Source: Capsulimonadaceae bacterium
GTDB lineage: Bacteria > Armatimonadota > Armatimonadia > Armatimonadales > Capsulimonadaceae
Assembly (NCBI GenBank): GCA_965200075.1
Contig: OZ241338.1
Location: forward strand, 2,007,898-2,071,897
Direction of reading: 5' to 3'
DNA length: 64,000 bases
The notes beneath the pieces were generated by a model. The model was not told the origin of the DNA, did not search any database, and saw only the letters and a program-made list of their open reading frames with translations. This document shows positions 34,085 through 43,450 of the stretch, one piece after another; the first letter of the stretch is position 1; the number at the start of each line of letters is the position of its first letter. Made by a program: the position numbers and the translations under genes.

Positions 34085-35647
34085 CTAGATTCCTGCGTCA
34101 TCGTCCGCAGGTTCGGCGAAGGGCTTGTAGGCGCGGTAAATGGTTTTCCACAGAACGTAGCCCAGGACCATGTTTTCATCAAGGGCCGGGTTGCCGGAGC
34201 CTGCGCCCCGGTCGCCGCCAAAGCGGGTGGCCCAGAAGGCCCCCGTGCCATGCCGCCCGTCGTCGACGCGGGTGCGGAGGACGCTCTGGATGAAGTGTTC
34301 GGTGGCGTCTTTGTTTTCGCTGTCGATGCAGGCCACGATGCCGATTTTGGCGTTGATGATTGTGATGGCTTCGGCGACGTTTTTGACTTTCGTGAGGACG
34401 CCGACGGGGCCGAACAGCTCGGTGGCATACAAAATGTTGCCGGGGGCGACGTTCTCTATCAGCGTGAAGGGAACATAGCAGCCTTCGGCAGAGAGCACCT
34501 CGGGGACGGGGACTTGATGGGCGATGCCCGCGCCTTCACGGACGGACTGCTCAATCAAACCTACGATGCGGGCCTGCTGCTCGCCCGATACGACCGGCGG
34601 GAGCGAGTACTGGCCGGGGGCAGCGTCGGCGGCAGCCAGTTCGGCAGAAGTGCCGTCGCCCATGACGATGCCTTTGGCTTCTTTTATCGCGGCGGCAACG
34701 AAGGCGTCATAGACAGAGGCGTCGCAAAGGACTTCCTGGATCGACGTACACCGCTGACCTGCCGTGATGGTCTTGCCGTAGACAAAGTTTTTGGCGGCGC
34801 GGGCGATGTCGGCATCTTTGTGAACGTAAAAGATGTTGATGCCCCCGACTTCCTTCATCACGCGCTTGCCGAGGCCACTGGCGGTGGCATCCACGGCGTC
34901 GCCCACGGCCTTGCTGCCCGTAAACGACAGGCACTTGACCAGCGGGTGCTTGATAAGGGCCTGCCCCGGCCCGACATCGCCGCTCACAAGGCTGAACGTG
35001 CCGGGGGGAACGCTGACGCCCAGTTTCTCTTTGGCCCAGTGGAAGCACTCGTCTAAAGCCGCCGCCACCGCCTGCGAGGATTCGGGAATGAGGTGCGAGG
35101 GCTTCCAGACAACGGTGTTGCCGGTGACCAATGCCGACATAATCTGGGCAATCGGGATCGCCACGGGGAAGTTGAAGGGAGTAATAATCGCCGCCACGCC
35201 GCGAGGCTCCAGGCGCGACTCCATCACGACGCCGTCAATGTTTTTGGCGTAAGTCTCGCCTTTCAGCGACAGGCCCTGCGGGGCGACGCACTCAATGACG
35301 CCGATAGCCTCGTCCAAATCCAGCTTGCAGTCAAAGAGAGTTTTGCCCATTTCCCGGCTCATGGTCTGCTGGAAATCGTCAAACCGGGCATACATCACCT
35401 GTGCCAGATGCAGAAAGAGTTTCGTCTTCATGTTGCCGCTGACCGCCCGCCAGGCCGGGAATGCGGCTTCAGCGGCCTCCACGGCGGCGTTCACTTCGCC
35501 GTCGGGGCATTCGGCGACCTGCCCTAAAACGTGCGCGGTGTGCGCGGGGACGACGTTGGGCAAGAAGTCAGCGGCTTCTGAGTCCTGCCACTGTCCGGCG
35601 AAGTATATCTGATACTGCCCGGCGGCGTTGAGCTTCGATGAGAACAT
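34085..35647 (-). CDS. Aldehyde dehydrogenase, probably 1-pyrroline-5-carboxylate (glutamate semialdehyde) dehydrogenase
   Basis: ALDH motifs (VVWKPS, FTGSKAVG, MKEVGGIN, catalytic Cys in GQRCTS). The specific function is inferred from the adjacent proline dehydrogenase. Confidence 0.8.
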   Translation of the reverse strand: MFSSKLNAAGQYQIYFAGQWQDSEAADFLPNVVPAHTAHVLGQVAECPDGEVNAAVEAAEAAFPAWRAVSGNMKTKLFLHLAQVMYARFDDFQQTMSREMGKTLFDCKLDLDEAIGVIECVAPQGLSLKGETYAKNIDGVVMESRLEPRGVAAIITPFNFPVAIPIAQIMSALVTGNTVVWKPSHLIPESSQAVAAALDECFHWAKEKLGVSVPPGTFSLVSGDVGPGQALIKHPLVKCLSFTGSKAVGDAVDATASGLGKRVMKEVGGINIFYVHKDADIARAAKNFVYGKTITAGQRCTSIQEVLCDASVYDAFVAAAIKEAKGIVMGDGTSAELAAADAAPGQYSLPPVVSGEQQARIVGLIEQSVREGAGIAHQVPVPEVLSAEGCYVPFTLIENVAPGNILYATELFGPVGVLTKVKNVAEAITIINAKIGIVACIDSENKDATEHFIQSVLRTRVDDGRHGTGAFWATRFGGDRGAGSGNPALDENMVLGYVLWKTIYRAYKPFAEPADDDAGI

Positions 35648-35768
35648 AGAAAAAAGGGCCTTTCAGAGAATTATATACAAAGGGTCAAACAGATTAGTGC
35701 GCCAATTTTGGCAGTCGCGCCAAGCGCGGCGCACTTGGAACGCAGTGCGTTCTGAATCCAGCGGGCTG

Positions 35769-35996
35769 TCAAGCGGGAGTCGTCAGCTCATCCTCATCTA
35801 ACACCATGTCAAACGCCCGGCCCTCGGCGTCTTGAAACGTCGCATCATAGGCGGGCGGCGTTGTGCTGTAAGAAACCCAAATCACGCCGATGTTACCCGC
35901 CGACAGTCCGAGGCTGGGGTAATTCTCTTTAAGGGCAACCGTATCGCCTTCACTGAAAAGAAATGATGTCAGCGGCTTTTCGCTAAGGGTTATCAT
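35769..35996 (-). CDS. DUF4926-like small protein (75 aa)
   Basis: Internal ATG at 35996. F.EGDTVALKE…GLSAGNIGVIW…YDATFQDAEGRAFDMVLDEDEL matches the DUF4926 pattern as I recall it. Confidence 0.55.
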   Translation of the reverse strand: MITLSEKPLTSFLFSEGDTVALKENYPSLGLSAGNIGVIWVSYSTTPPAYDATFQDAEGRAFDMVLDEDELTTPA

Positions 35997-36237
35997 TTTG
36001 GTATCCAATCTCGCTGGCAAAATCCGGTGCGGAAGGTGCAAGGTGGCTAACCTGTCCGCGCAAGAACCTGGCTCGCTCCAAATTGTATCGCCAGGCCAGT
36101 TCCGCCTGCACACCGACCATTTGAGCTGCAAGCTGTTTGTACTGTTGCGCTGCCGTAGCGGCTTCTTTTCCCCAATCAGTGTCCTCTATTCCCTGCCGGA
36201 ACAGGCGGGTCGAGGGACTGGAAGTAGCGGCGGACAT
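35983..36237 (-). CDS. Hypothetical small protein overlapping the DUF4926 start by 14 nt
   Basis: Listed ORF only. The start is uncertain because it overlaps the upstream gene end at 36176. Confidence 0.25.
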   Translation of the reverse strand: MSAATSSPSTRLFRQGIEDTDWGKEAATAAQQYKQLAAQMVGVQAELAWRYNLERARFLRGQVSHLAPSAPDFASEIGYQNDNP

Positions 36238-38059
36238 CGCTGCGGTAGGCGGGCGGGATGTCTTCTTTGTCCATTGTGGTCTCGGCGCTTTTTTTGGCCG
36301 GGGCGACGTAGTCGTAGTACGGCACGCTGCTTGGCGCGGCCCCGCCGGGGTCGTGCCCGCCGCCGACTTTGCGAGTGGGGCCGGTTTTGCTGGGACCCGC
36401 GTTCAGCGCCTTGCCGAAGTAGACTTTGGCCGTGCCTTTGCCTGCGGGGGCATGGCCGAGGTGCTTAATAGGGCTGCTGCCCTGACCCGTATCGGAGGGC
36501 TTGCCGCCCGCTTTGCCGCCGCCGCCGGAGCCGCCGTTGCCTTTGCCGCTGCCCATCTTCCCGTTCGCCTGCTGGCCCTGACCGATGCCGTCGCCAAAGC
36601 CCTGTCCGGCTCCCTGGCCCTGACCGCTTCCCTGTCCTTTGCCTGGATTTTTGCCGCTCCCATCGCCGGGCTGGCCGGAGTCGTTCTGGATGTCGCCCGC
36701 GCTGCTGGCCCCGGCCATCTGGCTCTGGGCGTCTTCAGCGGCGCTCTGGGCATCCTGCATGGCCTGCTGGTCGGCCTGGGCGCGGGCCTCACGCTCGGCG
36801 GCCTCGGCGGCTTTTCGCATCTCCGACGCGGCCCCTTGCTTGTCGCCGCGCTTTAAGGCATCGGCGGCGGCCTGCGTGTGCTTCTGCGTTTCCGGCATCG
36901 GCGTGTCTTTGAGCGCCCCCGACAGCTTCTGCAAATCAGCGGCGGCCTGCTGCTGCTCTGGGGGGGACAGCTTGCCCGAGGCGGCTTTGTCGGCGAGCTG
37001 GCGGAGCTGCTCACTCAGCGCCTTCGTGTCGTTCTGGCGCATGGCCTGCGCGGCCTTCTGGACTTCGGGAGTTGGGGACGAGTGCGTGTTTGCCGGGGCG
37101 CTGCTTTTCCCGCCGTTCGTCGGCACATTGAAGCCCTGCTTGGGGTCGCCCGGCTTGGGAGCGCCCTGCCCGCCCGCGCTTTTTGCGCCAGCGGCCAGCG
37201 ACTGCGAGAGCTGCTGCCCGGCCTGGGCCAGACTCTTTTCCCCCGCTCCGGGCGTTCCCAGCGCGGCTTTCTGCTGGGCCTGACGCATCTGCTGGGTGAG
37301 CTTGGACATCTGCACCATCGCCTGCTTTTTGTCCAGCTTGCCCGTTGCCAGCTTGTGTCCCAAACGCTTCATGTCGGCGGCAGCTTTGCGGGTGCCTTCC
37401 AGATGCTTCTGGTCGGCCAGCTTCTGAATGACGGCGGCTTTCTTCTCTAAATTGTCCCCGGTTTTTTGCACAATCTGCCGCTCCACACGAAGCTGGGGCG
37501 GCACGAGCGCGGGCAGATTTGGCACCCAGAGAGCCAGTGCAAGCAGGAGCAGACCGCCCGCCGCCGCTTTGGCCTCCCAGGGCCAGCGCCAGGGCACGGC
37601 CTCGGCGGCATTCAAGCGGCGGGCATGCGCGGCGGCGTCTTCGGATTGCAGGCGCAGAAGCAGCGCGGCTTCAGGGTCAGGGATGGCACGAGGGGAACGC
37701 TCAAACTCTAACGCCGACGACAGCCGCTCTTTCAGCCCCAGCCGCGACTCCGCCAGCCGGGCAGCCTCCATCAGCGGAATAGGCCGCAAAAGAGCCGTCA
37801 CGGTCTCCACCCCGATGCCGACGACAAGCAGCGCGGGCAAAAGGATTTCCAGCGGCAGCCTGTCGGGGAGCCAGTCGAAGTGAGCCAGCCCAACGGCAAC
37901 GAGCGCCAGACCGATACTCACAAGCGCCCCCCGCGAGGCGTGGCGCACCCAGCGCAGACGCCGCAGGCGAGCCGAGACGGCAGCCAGCGCCTGTGTGACG
38001 GTGCGCTCGGTGGGAGAAGGAGGGCCGGGCTGCGGCCCGCGTGTGGTTGTGGTCGCCAT
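36176..38059 (-). CDS. Membrane-anchored coiled-coil / Gly-Gln-rich low-complexity protein
   Basis: ATG at 38059 (MATTTTRGPQ). Two or three TM helices (ALVSIGLALVAVGLA, LLPALLVVGIGV, GGLLLLALALWV), then long K/Q/A-rich helices, a GQG-rich tract, and a conserved-looking tail (DIPPAYRSDVRRYFQSL). Confidence 0.6.
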   Translation of the reverse strand: MATTTTRGPQPGPPSPTERTVTQALAAVSARLRRLRWVRHASRGALVSIGLALVAVGLAHFDWLPDRLPLEILLPALLVVGIGVETVTALLRPIPLMEAARLAESRLGLKERLSSALEFERSPRAIPDPEAALLLRLQSEDAAAHARRLNAAEAVPWRWPWEAKAAAGGLLLLALALWVPNLPALVPPQLRVERQIVQKTGDNLEKKAAVIQKLADQKHLEGTRKAAADMKRLGHKLATGKLDKKQAMVQMSKLTQQMRQAQQKAALGTPGAGEKSLAQAGQQLSQSLAAGAKSAGGQGAPKPGDPKQGFNVPTNGGKSSAPANTHSSPTPEVQKAAQAMRQNDTKALSEQLRQLADKAASGKLSPPEQQQAAADLQKLSGALKDTPMPETQKHTQAAADALKRGDKQGAASEMRKAAEAAEREARAQADQQAMQDAQSAAEDAQSQMAGASSAGDIQNDSGQPGDGSGKNPGKGQGSGQGQGAGQGFGDGIGQGQQANGKMGSGKGNGGSGGGGKAGGKPSDTGQGSSPIKHLGHAPAGKGTAKVYFGKALNAGPSKTGPTRKVGGGHDPGGAAPSSVPYYDYVAPAKKSAETTMDKEDIPPAYRSDVRRYFQSLDPPVPAGNRGH

Positions 38060-38115
38060 GAATCTATTATACGCGATTGGGGGCGAAAACGAGACGCAAG
38101 CCTTACACAAGCCTT

Positions 38116-40101
38116 TTACTGCGTGGTCGGGTTTCGCAGGTGGGGCGGGATTTCTGGCGGCGGGGCGGCAGGGAGGGGCACTTTCTGCTCTAAATGGGCC
38201 TGCGACGCAAGATCAATCTGCCATGTTTTCGGCAGCACTCCCTGCCCGTCAGCGGGCTGAAAGATGACCTCGTGGCGGCCCGCCGAAAGCTGCGCCCACT
38301 GGCCCTGTGCCAGCGCGGGCTGCGGCACGCCGTCCACTTTCACCCACAGCGCGGCGGCACGCGACGGCACAGTCGCTGGAATCCAGCAGGAAACGGAGTA
38401 CCAGCCAATTTTTTGCGGCGGCGCAGGCACGGCAGCCACTTGGGGAGCAGGGGCAGAGGGCAGAACAATGTGCGCGGTCGCGTACTGACCGGGCCGGAGT
38501 GTTACCAGGACGTCTTTTTTCGGCGCGAAGCCGCTGCCGGGCTTGGGGACGAACGAGACCGTGTGCCGCCCCGCCGAAAGCGCCATCCAGCCAGTGTGGG
38601 CCAGCTTGCCATCCACCCACAGAGACTGCGGCGGAACCGGCACAGGCCGGGCACCCGCAGAAGTCATCGTCAGGCGCAGGATGTTTCGGTCAGCGACAAC
38701 GCGCAGGAAGCCCTGCGCGGGAGCCGATGGACGGGGCGGCGGCACGCCCGCTTTTGCCACGCGGCGCGGCGGCAGGGGGTTCACCCGTTTTTGAGGCGGC
38801 AGAGAAGCCACGACGGGGTTAGGCTTGACGGAGGCTTTTTGGGGCCGCGCCGGGCGGCGGGCCGTGCGAACCGGAGGCACAGCGGTTTTGGGCATGGGTT
38901 TAGACACAGGCTTGGCAGCGACTACAGGCGCAGGCTTCGGCGCAGGCGGGGCAGTGAGAGCGGGCGGCGCGGGTTTCACAGGGGCGGGACTTGGGACAAC
39001 CGGGCGGCTTGCTTCCGGGGCTGGGGCAAGCACGGCAGGGGAGCGCCCTGGCGCAGACTGCCCCGCCGGAGAATGCCCCGCCGGAGAATGCCCGCTGGTC
39101 AGCCAGTAGCCGAGCGCAGCCAAAGCCACTACGAGAGGAACGGCGACGGCTCCGGCAATGGCTCCCCGACGCCTCTGGGTCACGAACACGGCAGCAGGGA
39201 CGGCGGCTAAAGACGTGCTGCCCACGGCGGCGCGAAGGCTGGCCGCAAACTGGCCCGCCGAAGGGTAACGGGCCTCGGGCGATTTTGCCAGGCCGCGCAG
39301 GACCACCTGCTCCACGTCCGGGGACAGGTCCTCGCGGTGAAAGCGCAGCGGCGGCGGCTCGGCAAAGACCTGCCGGTGCATGACCGAAAGCTGGGCCTGC
39401 GTGCTCGTGTCGGCGGCGCGGAACGGCGGCGTGCCGCACAGCGCAAAATACGCTACGGCGGCCAGCGAATACACATCGCTGCGGGCGTCCGGTGCCCCCT
39501 TGCCGTGAACCTGCTCCGGGCTGGCGTACTCAATCGTGCCCAGAATATCGCCCATAACCGTCAGCGGAGGCACTTCGGGCGACTGGTCATCAATATGGGC
39601 CACGCCGAAATCCGTCAGCCGGGCCGGAGCCTGCGGCGGCAGCAGGATGTTGGAGGGCTTGATGTCCCGGTGAATCACCCCGACAGCGTGGGCGCTGTCA
39701 AGCGCGGCGGCGACATCTTCAATCATGCCTGCCGCCCGCAGCGGAGCGAGCCAGCCCTCCGCCTCGACCTCCTGGGCCAGCGTTCCCCCCGGCACATATT
39801 CCATGACCAGAGCCGCCGGATCGCCGTCAATGAACTGGTACAGGGCGACAAGATGCGGATGCCGCAGACGTTCCATCACGGCGGCTTCGCGGCGAAACCG
39901 CTCGGCGGCGACCGTGTCCCCGGTGGCCCGCTGCACTTTGGCAATCACGTCCCGGCGGTTCACCCGGTCCCAGCCCCGGTAGACCGCCGAGACCGGGCCG
40001 CGATGAATGGGCGTCGGCGTCAGCGTAATGTCGGGCAGTTCCGGCGGCGGAGCGTCCTGGTTTTTGCTGTCATAATTGCGAATGAGAAGCCTGCTTTCCA
40101 C
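38116..40101 (-). CDS. Hanks-type Ser/Thr protein kinase with TM, Pro-rich linker and two PEGA-like C-terminal repeats
   Basis: VIAKV (VAIK-like Lys), HRDIKPSNILL, TDFGVA, and EYASPEQ in the activation/P+1 loop. TM segment AIAGAVAVPLVVALAALGYW. Repeats …LWVDGKL…LSAGRHTVSF and …LWVKVDGVP…LSAGRHEVIF. Confidence 0.9.
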   Translation of the reverse strand: MESRLLIRNYDSKNQDAPPPELPDITLTPTPIHRGPVSAVYRGWDRVNRRDVIAKVQRATGDTVAAERFRREAAVMERLRHPHLVALYQFIDGDPAALVMEYVPGGTLAQEVEAEGWLAPLRAAGMIEDVAAALDSAHAVGVIHRDIKPSNILLPPQAPARLTDFGVAHIDDQSPEVPPLTVMGDILGTIEYASPEQVHGKGAPDARSDVYSLAAVAYFALCGTPPFRAADTSTQAQLSVMHRQVFAEPPPLRFHREDLSPDVEQVVLRGLAKSPEARYPSAGQFAASLRAAVGSTSLAAVPAAVFVTQRRRGAIAGAVAVPLVVALAALGYWLTSGHSPAGHSPAGQSAPGRSPAVLAPAPEASRPVVPSPAPVKPAPPALTAPPAPKPAPVVAAKPVSKPMPKTAVPPVRTARRPARPQKASVKPNPVVASLPPQKRVNPLPPRRVAKAGVPPPRPSAPAQGFLRVVADRNILRLTMTSAGARPVPVPPQSLWVDGKLAHTGWMALSAGRHTVSFVPKPGSGFAPKKDVLVTLRPGQYATAHIVLPSAPAPQVAAVPAPPQKIGWYSVSCWIPATVPSRAAALWVKVDGVPQPALAQGQWAQLSAGRHEVIFQPADGQGVLPKTWQIDLASQAHLEQKVPLPAAPPPEIPPHLRNPTTQ

Positions 40102-40873
40102 GACGGCTCATCACAGTGCGCCCGGCCATTTTCACAAAAAACGGCAGGTCACGCACAAAATAACGGTCCCAGAGCCGGGTCGGCTCCTGAAGGAAGCGAT
40201 ACGCCCATTCCAGCCCCGAATCCTGCATCCAGGCCGGGGCGCGGCGCACGACGCCGCCCGCCATTTCAAACGAGCCGCCGACACCGATAGAAACGGGAAC
40301 GCTTAACAGGTCTTTATTCGCGGCGATCCATTTTTCCTGCTTGGGAGCGCCAAAACCAACCAAAAGAATATCCGGCTGGGCCGCACGGACGGCGGCGCGG
40401 ATTTCCGCCTGAGTCTCTGCCGTACCAAATGTCTCCGAGGCCGGGCAGTGCGTCCCGCAAATCTGAGCGCCAGGGTAACGCGCCAGAACGGCGTCGCGGG
40501 CCAGGTCGGCGGCGCAGGGGCGGCCCCCCAGATAAAACAATCGCAAACCCGTGGCTTCTGACGCCCGTGCCAGCTCCCAGAACAAATCACTGCCGGTCAC
40601 CCGCTGCTTCAGTGGGGGCTGTCCGGCACGGGCGGCCAGATGCGACAGCAGAACAACCGGCTTGCCATCGGCCAGCGTCAGGTCCGACCCGGCATAGATT
40701 TCCCGGAACTCGGCATCGTGAGAGAGCATCACCAGATGATCCAGATTGCCGGTGCAGACATAGCGCGGCTTTTCCGTCTTCTGCGCCATCTGAACGATGC
40801 GGGCGACGGCTTCTTCCATCGAGACATTATGAAACGCGGTATCCGCGACGATTATTTTGCTCAAAACATCCAT
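40070..40873 (-). CDS. WecG/TagA/CpsF family glycosyltransferase (GT26)
   Basis: TGNLDHLV…ADGKPVV…LLVGFGAPKQEKWI…IGVGGSFE…GLEWAYR. Its 3' end overlaps the kinase start by 32 nt. Confidence 0.85.
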   Translation of the reverse strand: MDVLSKIIVADTAFHNVSMEEAVARIVQMAQKTEKPRYVCTGNLDHLVMLSHDAEFREIYAGSDLTLADGKPVVLLSHLAARAGQPPLKQRVTGSDLFWELARASEATGLRLFYLGGRPCAADLARDAVLARYPGAQICGTHCPASETFGTAETQAEIRAAVRAAQPDILLVGFGAPKQEKWIAANKDLLSVPVSIGVGGSFEMAGGVVRRAPAWMQDSGLEWAYRFLQEPTRLWDRYFVRDLPFFVKMAGRTVMSRRGKQASHSQL

Positions 40874-41549
40874 GCTTTCTGGTAATTTCTATGGAGGCCA
40901 GCAGCCTCGGGCGCAGCCGCATCCACATTGCCGTGGCAAATTGTTGTAACCGGGCGTGCCCCAGTGCATCCGCCCTGGCGTCCGTGTCAATCGGGCGCTC
41001 AAAGCGCAGGAAGTATACGGGCTTGCCCTGCTGCCCCAGCAGGGCGCTCCACAGCATGGCGGCGCGTATCTGGGTGGCCTGATTGATAATTTTGCCGTCA
41101 ACGACGTATAAATAAAGAAGGTCCGAGCCGCCGGTTCCGCTGTCGGCAGCGGCATGACAAGAACGCGCCGTCACCGATGTGCCGGGCAGTGATTCAAGAT
41201 GGTCGTTTTCCAGCCGCATGCCTGCCCCAATCAGGCAGGAGCGCGGGTCGTGCAAAGCGGAGCGGTCGGTGCCCCCAATCAAGACAAAGTTGATCGGCTC
41301 GCCGCTTGCCTCGGCGGCCTCCGATGTATAAGTGCGAGACAGCAGGCTGGCCGATGCCAGCGCGGCCTGGACATCCGCAGGCACGGGATCATTCCCGGCA
41401 GACGTGTATCCGTGCAGCGTGCGGGGCACATCTGCGCCCGCAATGCCCACAAAGGGCCTGGGCGGGGCGGGATGCCACGCCAGGGCCGTTGCCAGTGCTG
41501 CGCCGATGATTAAAATTAAAAGATAGCCCATCCGGCGAATGTGCGGCAT
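40827..41549 (-). CDS. Exosortase-associated EpsI family protein
   Basis: N-terminal TM, then …YTS…INFVLIGGTDRSALHDPRSCL…LLYLYVVDGKI…, typical of EpsI. Overlaps the exosortase 3' end. The start may be the ATG at 41531. Confidence 0.7.
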   Translation of the reverse strand: MPHIRRMGYLLILIIGAALATALAWHPAPPRPFVGIAGADVPRTLHGYTSAGNDPVPADVQAALASASLLSRTYTSEAAEASGEPINFVLIGGTDRSALHDPRSCLIGAGMRLENDHLESLPGTSVTARSCHAAADSGTGGSDLLYLYVVDGKIINQATQIRAAMLWSALLGQQGKPVYFLRFERPIDTDARADALGHARLQQFATAMWMRLRPRLLASIEITRKHGCFEQNNRRGYRVS

Positions 41550-42445
41550 CCTACTCCTTTGGCAAGCCCAAACAGGGCGGCAAATCCGAGGGTCAGCGTG
41601 ATCAGCCCGCTCCAGTCATGGAAGACATGGGCCGAGGCCGGGCTGATACACTCGCCGACGACGCCGATCAGGGCAATTCGCACCGAGTTGACCAGCAGGG
41701 CCAGCGGCAGACTGAACAAAAACAATCCGAAGCGTTTGGCGGCGCTGCCGTCGACCAGAAACGCAAACGCCGCGCTGAACGTCAGCAGCGCCAGCAGCAG
41801 CTTGAAGCCCGAACACGGCACGTCCACGAATAGCGAATAGTTGTCCATGTGGATGACGTTGCCGGTCAGCGTCGTGCCGAAGCTCATCAGGTGCAGCAGC
41901 TTGTCGGCCAGCACGGTGGACAGCATCTGTACGCGCAGCGTGGAGTCGTTTAAGACCGGCCCCGGCAGCGGAGCCATCAGCCACACAAAGGCCAGCGGCA
42001 GGAATGCCGCCCGCACAAACCGCGTCCCCAGCGCCAGCCACACTGCCGCCGACAGCGTCAGCAGCAGCCCCGTAGATTCCAGCGCCTCCGCCCGCACTTT
42101 GATGGCAAAGATCAGCAAAGCAAGCGCGGGCAGCAGCACGGCCAGCGCTTGAAACGCGGGTTTTTTAGGCGTCGCCCGCAGAGTCTCCCGTTTGTGCCAG
42201 AGCATCAGAGCGGCGATCAGCGGGATCGCGGGGGCGTGCCCGTAATAGGATTCCGGCTTGCTATATTCGTAGCCCCAAAATGTCAGCACCGGCCAGGCGA
42301 GAATGCCCAGCAGGCCCAGGGCCAGCCCAAACGGTAGCAGTGTCCGCCAGTCCGGTGCTGACTTCTGCGGCGCAAGCGGCGCATGGTCTTCGGCAGTTGC
42401 GTGTTCGGCAGTCGCGGGTTCGGGTTGTGTAAAAATAGCAGCCAT
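41516..42445 (-). CDS. Exosortase (EpsH/Xrt family transpeptidase)
   Basis: Polytopic membrane protein with the signature VDVPCSGFK (Cys), LLVNSVRIALIG (Arg) and HVFHDWSG (His). Confidence 0.85.
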   Translation of the reverse strand: MAAIFTQPEPATAEHATAEDHAPLAPQKSAPDWRTLLPFGLALGLLGILAWPVLTFWGYEYSKPESYYGHAPAIPLIAALMLWHKRETLRATPKKPAFQALAVLLPALALLIFAIKVRAEALESTGLLLTLSAAVWLALGTRFVRAAFLPLAFVWLMAPLPGPVLNDSTLRVQMLSTVLADKLLHLMSFGTTLTGNVIHMDNYSLFVDVPCSGFKLLLALLTFSAAFAFLVDGSAAKRFGLFLFSLPLALLVNSVRIALIGVVGECISPASAHVFHDWSGLITLTLGFAALFGLAKGVGCRTFAGWAIF

Positions 42446-42652
42446 AGCAGAGGACGCGCCGGAGTTGATACTGGTATCGTTGACTGGTTTTATTTTCGGC
42501 AGAAGTGCCGCAGAACCGTTACCGGGTTTTTGAGAAATATCCGAGCAAAAGAAAAATCAGAGCAAAAGAAAAAGGGCGGCGGGTTGCTTCCGCAACACCG
42601 CCGCCCCACGCAAGCCGCTTCCGCAGGCGGGCGTTTTCAGGAAACGGGTTCC

Positions 42653-43342
42653 CTAGACAGCCGCGCCGGAGGTCCGGCGGGACTTGCGGACGACGAGGCC
42701 CAGAAGGCCCAGACCGCCCAGAACAAATGGAACCACCGTAGCCGGTTCCGGGACAACAGACGATGCAGGGGAGGCACTGAACACGCCGCTTCCCGTAGAC
42801 GTAAAGTCATTAAAATGACCGTTCACCACACTGAGAGTGGGTTTTGCGCCAACCAGCGAGAACGAGAAAGACCCCGGATTAACCAGGCCGGAAGCGGTGA
42901 AGTAGGAACCGCCGGTATAGACAACATTGACGAGGGAATTACGAAGAACGCCTGCGTCGCTGCCAACCGTCCCGGAAAGCAGGTTGCCGCCGTCGAAAGT
43001 GCCAGAAAGCAGCGTGCTGCCACTATTAGACTTCAACAGAAACGTACCTCCAGTAAGGCTCTGCTCATAGCTGTCGCCCCCTTTGCTGACCAAAAGGCCA
43101 TCGTTCGCCAGACCCGTGAAGGTGAGCGTCGAAAGGTTGTCTGTGCTGAAAGCATCCTGAGCCGTGAAGGTTGCTCCCGGCGTGGTGCTGAAGCCGGTTG
43201 CGCCGCTGTAAGAAAAGACTTGGCCGAACCCATTCAGAACCCCGGAAAAGCCAGTCGGTGTCTGTGCGGAGGCCGCGCCGACGCCGACGCCTGCCAGAAT
43301 GGCGATGCTGAGAAGACTTGTAATTGCTTTTTTGATATTCAT
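42653..43342 (-). CDS. PEP-CTERM sorting-domain protein (Gly/Ser/Thr-rich, secreted)
   Basis: Signal peptide MNIKKAITSLLSIAILAGVGVGAASA. C-terminal VVPEPATVVPFVLGGLGLLGLVVRKSRR is a PEP motif, TM helix and basic tail. Confidence 0.85.
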   Translation of the reverse strand: MNIKKAITSLLSIAILAGVGVGAASAQTPTGFSGVLNGFGQVFSYSGATGFSTTPGATFTAQDAFSTDNLSTLTFTGLANDGLLVSKGGDSYEQSLTGGTFLLKSNSGSTLLSGTFDGGNLLSGTVGSDAGVLRNSLVNVVYTGGSYFTASGLVNPGSFSFSLVGAKPTLSVVNGHFNDFTSTGSGVFSASPASSVVPEPATVVPFVLGGLGLLGLVVRKSRRTSGAAV

Positions 43343-43450
43343 TGTGTATTCACCCCCTCTCTTTTCTAAAGTAGATGTGTAAAGTGGATAAAACTCAGTA
43401 TAACCCGAGTTTTGCTAAAAAAAAGCACGCTTGCTTACAATTTGCTATTT

